Below, one piece after another: positions 58,630-62,487 of a DNA stretch of 62,487 nt. The DNA lies in the IMG/VR virus record IMGVR_UViG_3300045988_093152, positions 1 through 62,487 of that record, one strand, 5' to 3'. The stretch's first letter is position 1. Each line of letters starts with the position of its first letter. Under the pieces are notes generated by a model. It searched no databases, had not been told where the DNA came from, and saw nothing but the letters and a program-made list of their open reading frames with translations. This DNA comes from a virus. Both the position numbers and the translations under genes were made by a program.

Positions 58630-61401
58630 TTACTTATTGAGTGCACTATAAACAGTAGATTCAGGAATGCCACAAGCCTTTGCGATTTCGGCATAAGAAT
58701 AACCGCTTCGCAGCATTGCACTTGCTTTGGATATCTTTGCAGAAGTCATAACAGTTGCATTCTTTGGCATTGCACGCTTCACAATTTCATCAGAATCAGA
58801 CGAATTAAGGAATTTCGTCAGCATGTTGTCTGAAATTGCACCAGCTTGAACAGCTTCCCATTCCTTATCCGTGAAGGTGACCTTGGATCTGCGTCCGCTT
58901 GCACCAACTGAATCACGAGCACGCTGCATTTCGACAGAAGAGATTTTCTTAATCTCTTTTTTATCTTCTGTAATGTTGGGGTTCAAACCTTGCTCTTGAA
59001 TCTTTGCCTTAATATTAGCATTAGCAATTAGCATCGCCTTGCGTTCTTTGGGTTTATTGGCGATCATATTTGCATACTTAGCTTTCAGCGAAGCTACTTC
59101 AGGGGCATACTTTTTAGCAGCTTCAGCACTGTATTCGAGTCCTTTCATATTAACAGCTTCTTTTCGAGCTTGAGCGGCCATGGCCTTCAGCTTATTAGAG
59201 AAGTCCGCATATAGGTTCTCTTGAACAGTGCCAGAAGACAGAGTTCGAGCATCTTTCGTTTCGGAAATCAGGCTGACAGTATCCTCCGCTAGACGCTTCT
59301 TGCCGCTTTTGGGGTCAGTGAATGTCCGTCCGCTCTCCTTGTAAATATACTCACCGGTCTCCTTGTCTATGCGGACACTGCCACGACGCTCCGGCACTCG
59401 TACTGTCTGCTTACGCCGGGACAGCAGCGTGGATGCACCACCATACTTAGTGTTTCCTTCTTCGTCAACACGAATCTGCCACTTCTGCTTCAGCTCGGGG
59501 ATGCCATTCTCGCGCTCAGAACGCTTATAGTCCAGCTTATGCTTTTCTGCATCGATAACGACCATAGAGTGCTTAACCGCACGTGCAAGCTCGTCCTCAT
59601 CGGCACCTCGCAATGTCATATCAGTGATGAGGTTGGAGATCACGCCCATTTCGCGCTGCTTCTCCTCTTTCTTCATCAGCCTGACATTGTTCGGATTGCC
59701 TTCAGGAACTGCATAAGCAGTCTTAGGATCGAATTCTTCGAGTGCTTTCAATGCACGGGTGGACTTGATGTTGACCTTGTCGGTAACAGGAATCGCCATA
59801 ACCGTGTCGCCATCGAAGTCTGCGCCCGAAAGCCGCTCTGCAACCTTTGCATTGATGCCGATTGCATCCTGAATTGCACCGAGATTCCGCTTGCCGCTGA
59901 CGTTCTTGTTGTTGACGGTCACGATAGGAATCTCGAAGGTGCCTGCATGAGGATAGCGAATCAGTGCAAGTCTGGTGCCATTCTCATAAGTAGGACAATA
60001 AGCCTCTGTCTCCTTGATCTTATTGATCGGCAGGATAACCTTCGTGGACTGGCCCGGGAATGCAGATGCCTTCAGGGTCATGGACGTTCCTTCAACCGTA
60101 TCAGCAAAATCGTTGAGCAGCTTCTTTTTGACCGTAGGACTATCGTACCGCATGATCTCATCATATTGGGCTTTGTAATCCGCAACAGTAAGGTTAAGCT
60201 GGTTCTCGATCAGCTTTTTAGGCTGCTTGGAAAGGAACTGAGAAGAGACGTTCCGAGACATCGTATCCCAGTCGCCTTCCTCCTTCAGCTTATTGATCGG
60301 CGAGAGGTGCTCTTTGCCATCGTCACCGATGTACATGCTCTGGCCGTTAGCCTTGATAGCTGCGCCAAACGGGTTGTCAGGATCAGCTTTTGCTTCCTTA
60401 AGGACCTTCATCTTGGGCGTGCCGGAAGGCTTGTTGGTGTTAAACATAACGTCCACACCATCCGGCAGGTCATCAGAATAGACTGCCATACCTTTCAGAT
60501 AATGGTCTCCGTCAACGAGGATACGAACCTGCGCATAATGGCTCTTGCCCAGATCGAGGTCAGGAACACCACGGCGAATCTCCATAACGCCGTCTTTATC
60601 CAGGCCGCCTTCGTCGCCATAGCGAATCGCAACACGATTGGAATCCAGACTTGCAGGACGCTGAAGCTTCGTAAAGGTCTCGCCGCCGTCATCAGAATGG
60701 TAATCGCCCAGAGAATCGATCTGATCCTGATGCTGGTAAGCATACTTCTGGTCAAACTCAGGCTTCGCAAGAACTGTAATGTTCGTTTGCTGGCGAGGAT
60801 TGGTAGGCTGCTTGATGCCCACACCGTAGCGCTTATAGCCATATTCGGCCTCTAACTTGTATGCGGCCTCATCCAACTCCGTTTGAGTTATTCCTAAAAC
60901 AGAATTTGCTCCTTCAGAAATGTCAATTATACCTTTTTTATCGACTTCAGCCTTCAATGTATTTGCGATATTTACAGCACGTTGTTCTTTTTTACTAATG
61001 TTGCCATTATATTTAGAGCGAACACTAGATTCGCTCATCCCTAGTTTATCACCAATTTCTTTCCATCCAAGACCATCTTCTTTTAGAGCACGAATCTTGT
61101 CGTACTCCAATGCTTGGCGTTCATGTGTAGCCGTCCGCTGAGCTACTCTAAACTCTGTAAGCCCCATTTTATATTCATCGGGAAGAGAATTATTGATAGT
61201 TTCCAGAATATCTTTTTCAGAGAGGCCTTTCTTTTTTAATTCTTTCACCCGGGACAAAAAATCACCAGAATGCTGATACGGATTATCACCAGAGCCCCAG
61301 GGATAACGCCCGGAATGGCGTTTCGTACCGTAATGCTCCAGAATATTACTTTCAGAGGTAATGCCAAAATAAGAACGAAGGTCTTTTTCAATCGGGTTCA
61401 T
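58630..61401 (-). CDS. YonO / QDE-1-like two-barrel (double-psi beta-barrel) RNA polymerase homolog with terminal HTH-like regions
   Basis: HYLKGMAVY...VMFNTNK. LALIRYPHAGTFEI, then about 39 aa, then LSGADFDGDTVMAIPV (compare beta-prime NADFDGDQMAVH). HSMVVIDAEKHKLDY. C-terminal GYSYAEIAKACGIPESTVYSAL. Confidence 0.65.
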   Translation of the reverse strand: MNPIEKDLRSYFGITSESNILEHYGTKRHSGRYPWGSGDNPYQHSGDFLSRVKELKKKGLSEKDILETINNSLPDEYKMGLTEFRVAQRTATHERQALEYDKIRALKEDGLGWKEIGDKLGMSESSVRSKYNGNISKKEQRAVNIANTLKAEVDKKGIIDISEGANSVLGITQTELDEAAYKLEAEYGYKRYGVGIKQPTNPRQQTNITVLAKPEFDQKYAYQHQDQIDSLGDYHSDDGGETFTKLQRPASLDSNRVAIRYGDEGGLDKDGVMEIRRGVPDLDLGKSHYAQVRILVDGDHYLKGMAVYSDDLPDGVDVMFNTNKPSGTPKMKVLKEAKADPDNPFGAAIKANGQSMYIGDDGKEHLSPINKLKEEGDWDTMSRNVSSQFLSKQPKKLIENQLNLTVADYKAQYDEIMRYDSPTVKKKLLNDFADTVEGTSMTLKASAFPGQSTKVILPINKIKETEAYCPTYENGTRLALIRYPHAGTFEIPIVTVNNKNVSGKRNLGAIQDAIGINAKVAERLSGADFDGDTVMAIPVTDKVNIKSTRALKALEEFDPKTAYAVPEGNPNNVRLMKKEEKQREMGVISNLITDMTLRGADEDELARAVKHSMVVIDAEKHKLDYKRSERENGIPELKQKWQIRVDEEGNTKYGGASTLLSRRKQTVRVPERRGSVRIDKETGEYIYKESGRTFTDPKSGKKRLAEDTVSLISETKDARTLSSGTVQENLYADFSNKLKAMAAQARKEAVNMKGLEYSAEAAKKYAPEVASLKAKYANMIANKPKERKAMLIANANIKAKIQEQGLNPNITEDKKEIKKISSVEMQRARDSVGASGRRSKVTFTDKEWEAVQAGAISDNMLTKFLNSSDSDEIVKRAMPKNATVMTSAKISKASAMLRSGYSYAEIAKACGIPESTVYSALNK

Positions 61402-61958
61402 GCTGCCACTCCTAACAAAATATCAGTGATAATCGGATCAAACTCTTTGATTTTAGCAATGATCGGATTGATTTCATCTTCAGTAGGATTCTCGATCCAG
61501 ATTTCATCGTTCTGGTAGATACGGGTTTCTATCCGAATATCTTTCGGGTCGTATCCGTACTCCAGACAGAAAAGAGCGGCATAAATATAGAGCTGCTCCA
61601 TGTGTGCAGGAACAGCTCCAGTTTTGAGATCGTGAATGCGAAGGAAACCGTCGTTGAATGTAATTGCATCTGCGGTTCCGAAGCAGTTGTCGCTATAATA
61701 GAGGACTTGTTCAGTATCCATGCGGAAGCCAATGGCATCATTCACATAGGTATTTAATGTCTTTTTGCTCTTTGGCAACTTTTGCTTAAGAGCAATGCAC
61801 TCAGCTGCAAACGCGTGCAGGCGGGTTCCTCGTTCTTTCGCCTGATAATTAAGAACGGCATTGGTCAGCCTATCTGCATCATAGTTTAACCAATGATAGT
61901 TACTTGCTCCGAGGAGGGCATGTTTCCCCGTGAGCCTCGAATGATCTCGCCAGTTCAT
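61398..61958 (-). CDS. PD-(D/E)XK nuclease (Cas4/RecB/YqaJ-like exonuclease)
   Basis: GTADAITFNDGFLRIHDLKTG (D...D/ExK core). ATG at 61958 after AAGGAGG. Confidence 0.55.
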   Translation of the reverse strand: MNWRDHSRLTGKHALLGASNYHWLNYDADRLTNAVLNYQAKERGTRLHAFAAECIALKQKLPKSKKTLNTYVNDAIGFRMDTEQVLYYSDNCFGTADAITFNDGFLRIHDLKTGAVPAHMEQLYIYAALFCLEYGYDPKDIRIETRIYQNDEIWIENPTEDEINPIIAKIKEFDPIITDILLGVAA

Positions 61959-62220
61959 TAAGAACTTCCTCCTTGTTTTCAGGATAGATAAAGGAAGCAA
62001 AACTCATCTCGTCCATTTGCCGAACATAATAGTCCTGATTTGGACGATGAGATGCAGTCGCTGACTTCTTGCCTTCCAGTGCGCCCCAGGTTTTACCATA
62101 AAGAACTAAGAGATCGGGAATACCCTGAATCTCCGTAGGATCTAAATGGACAACCTTACAGCCTGGAAAGCGTTCTTTCAGTTCCTTTACCAATCCTGTC
62201 TTGAATTTATTTTCGAGCAT
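61900..62220 (-). CDS. VRR-NUC / PD-(D/E)XK-type nuclease
   Basis: ATG at 62220 after TTGGAGG. GIPDLLVLYGKTWGALEGK (PD...ExK). Confidence 0.55.
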   Translation of the reverse strand: MLENKFKTGLVKELKERFPGCKVVHLDPTEIQGIPDLLVLYGKTWGALEGKKSATASHRPNQDYYVRQMDEMSFASFIYPENKEEVLNELARSFEAHGETCPPRSK

Positions 62221-62273
62221 GATACAACCTCCAAAAATAAGAGGAATAGCACGTCTTGAGACACATTCTATTC

Positions 62274-62302
62274 CTCCCATAAAAGGGGATGTTTTTCTCG
62301 CG
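62274..62302 (-). promoter_or_regulatory. P-motif, copy 12 (heads the nuclease / RNA-polymerase-like operon)
   Basis: CGCGAGAAAAACATCCCCTTTTATGGGAG. The real SD and ATG lie about 45 nt downstream. Confidence 0.55.
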
Positions 62303-62361
62303 TGAGTTTTTAGGAAATAATGTGAATTTTTAGGAATTTTTGAGAAAACAGAGCAAAAGAA

Positions 62362-62395
62362 AAAGCCCCTGCGTTTTTCGCGCAAGGGCTTTTAA
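62362..62395 (-). terminator. rho-independent terminator
   Basis: AAAAGCCCTTGCG-CGAAAAA-CGCAGGGGCTTTTT. Confidence 0.7.
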
Positions 62396-62399
62396 AAAT

Positions 62400-62487
62400 T
62401 TACAACTTATCCACTTTTTCAAGCTGTCGATAAGCTTGCATAATGTGCTGTATTGTCTCGTTTGAAATTCCGCTCCAAGTCATAGCC
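62400..62487 (-). CDS. C-terminal part of the junction-spanning gene (see 1..174)
   Basis: Same frame through the 55-bp overlap, TAA at 62400..62402. Confidence 0.6.
   Translation of the reverse strand, partial: AMTWSGISNETIQHIMQAYRQLEKVDKL

Larger units (their letters stand above)
1..62487. mobile_element. complete circularly closed temperate siphovirus-like phage genome (unit length 62432 bp)
   Basis: Exact 55-bp overlap of the two window ends. Full replication, lysogeny, lysis, tail, head and packaging modules. Long tape measure with no sheath gene. Confidence 0.85.

Noticed and set aside
1-62487. Alternative genetic code / stop-codon reassignment
   Set aside because: ORFs of 2289, 1334, 923, 594 and 581 codons are intact under the standard code and end at normal stops followed by SD-ATG of the next gene. 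The aberrant tRNA-like gene has no readable suppressor anticodon.

Overview
The window is a complete, circularly closed genome of a temperate siphovirus-like tailed phage. Its first 55 nt are repeated exactly as its last 55 nt, giving a unit length of 62432 bp. Strong GGAGG-type Shine-Dalgarno sites, a GH25 lysin and a phiLC3-type holin point to a Gram-positive (Bacillota/Clostridia-like) host. Almost every gene is on the minus strand. Read in the direction of transcription (high to low coordinate), the layout is as follows. (1) 62.4-58.6 kb: two PD-(D/E)XK nucleases and a 923-aa ORF carrying the hallmark motifs of YonO/QDE-1-type two-barrel RNA polymerases. (2) 58.3-44.3 kb: packaging and head genes (TerS-like, HNH, TerL, portal, prohead protease fused to the major capsid protein, connectors, major tail protein, chaperones). 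(3) 44.3-31.8 kb: tail genes (a 2289-aa tape measure, Dit, Tal, fibres). (4) 31.8-30.5 kb: lysis genes. (5) 30.5-27.4 kb: an odd moron-like cluster. (6) 27.4-25.6 kb: attP-like region, tyrosine integrase (plus strand) and small DNA-binding proteins. (7) 25.4-15 kb: an array of very small genes, each bracketed by a conserved 29-nt promoter-like motif and a conserved terminator hairpin. (8) 15-0.2 kb: replication and nucleotide-metabolism genes (a helicase-primase-PolB fusion, an SSB-like protein, an SF2 helicase, ThyX, an NTP pyrophosphohydrolase) and an iteron-like non-coding region. The four most interesting signals are these. (a) The YonO-like polymerase occurs together with 13 fixed-geometry copies of a non-sigma70 promoter-like motif. 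(b) Three proteins share an N-terminal H-x-G-I-K-G-x-K-W-G-V-R-R leader fused to different effector domains (an RNase-like toxin with a downstream immunity gene, a GNAT, and a glycine-rich tail). All three are embedded in the head/packaging module. (c) Two strand-specific oligomers are strongly over-represented independently of reading frame: TCAAAATGGA in the late half and TGATATTT in the early half. (d) There are two aberrant tRNA-like elements. All coordinates of short motifs were counted by hand. Function calls rest on motifs I recognise, not on searches.
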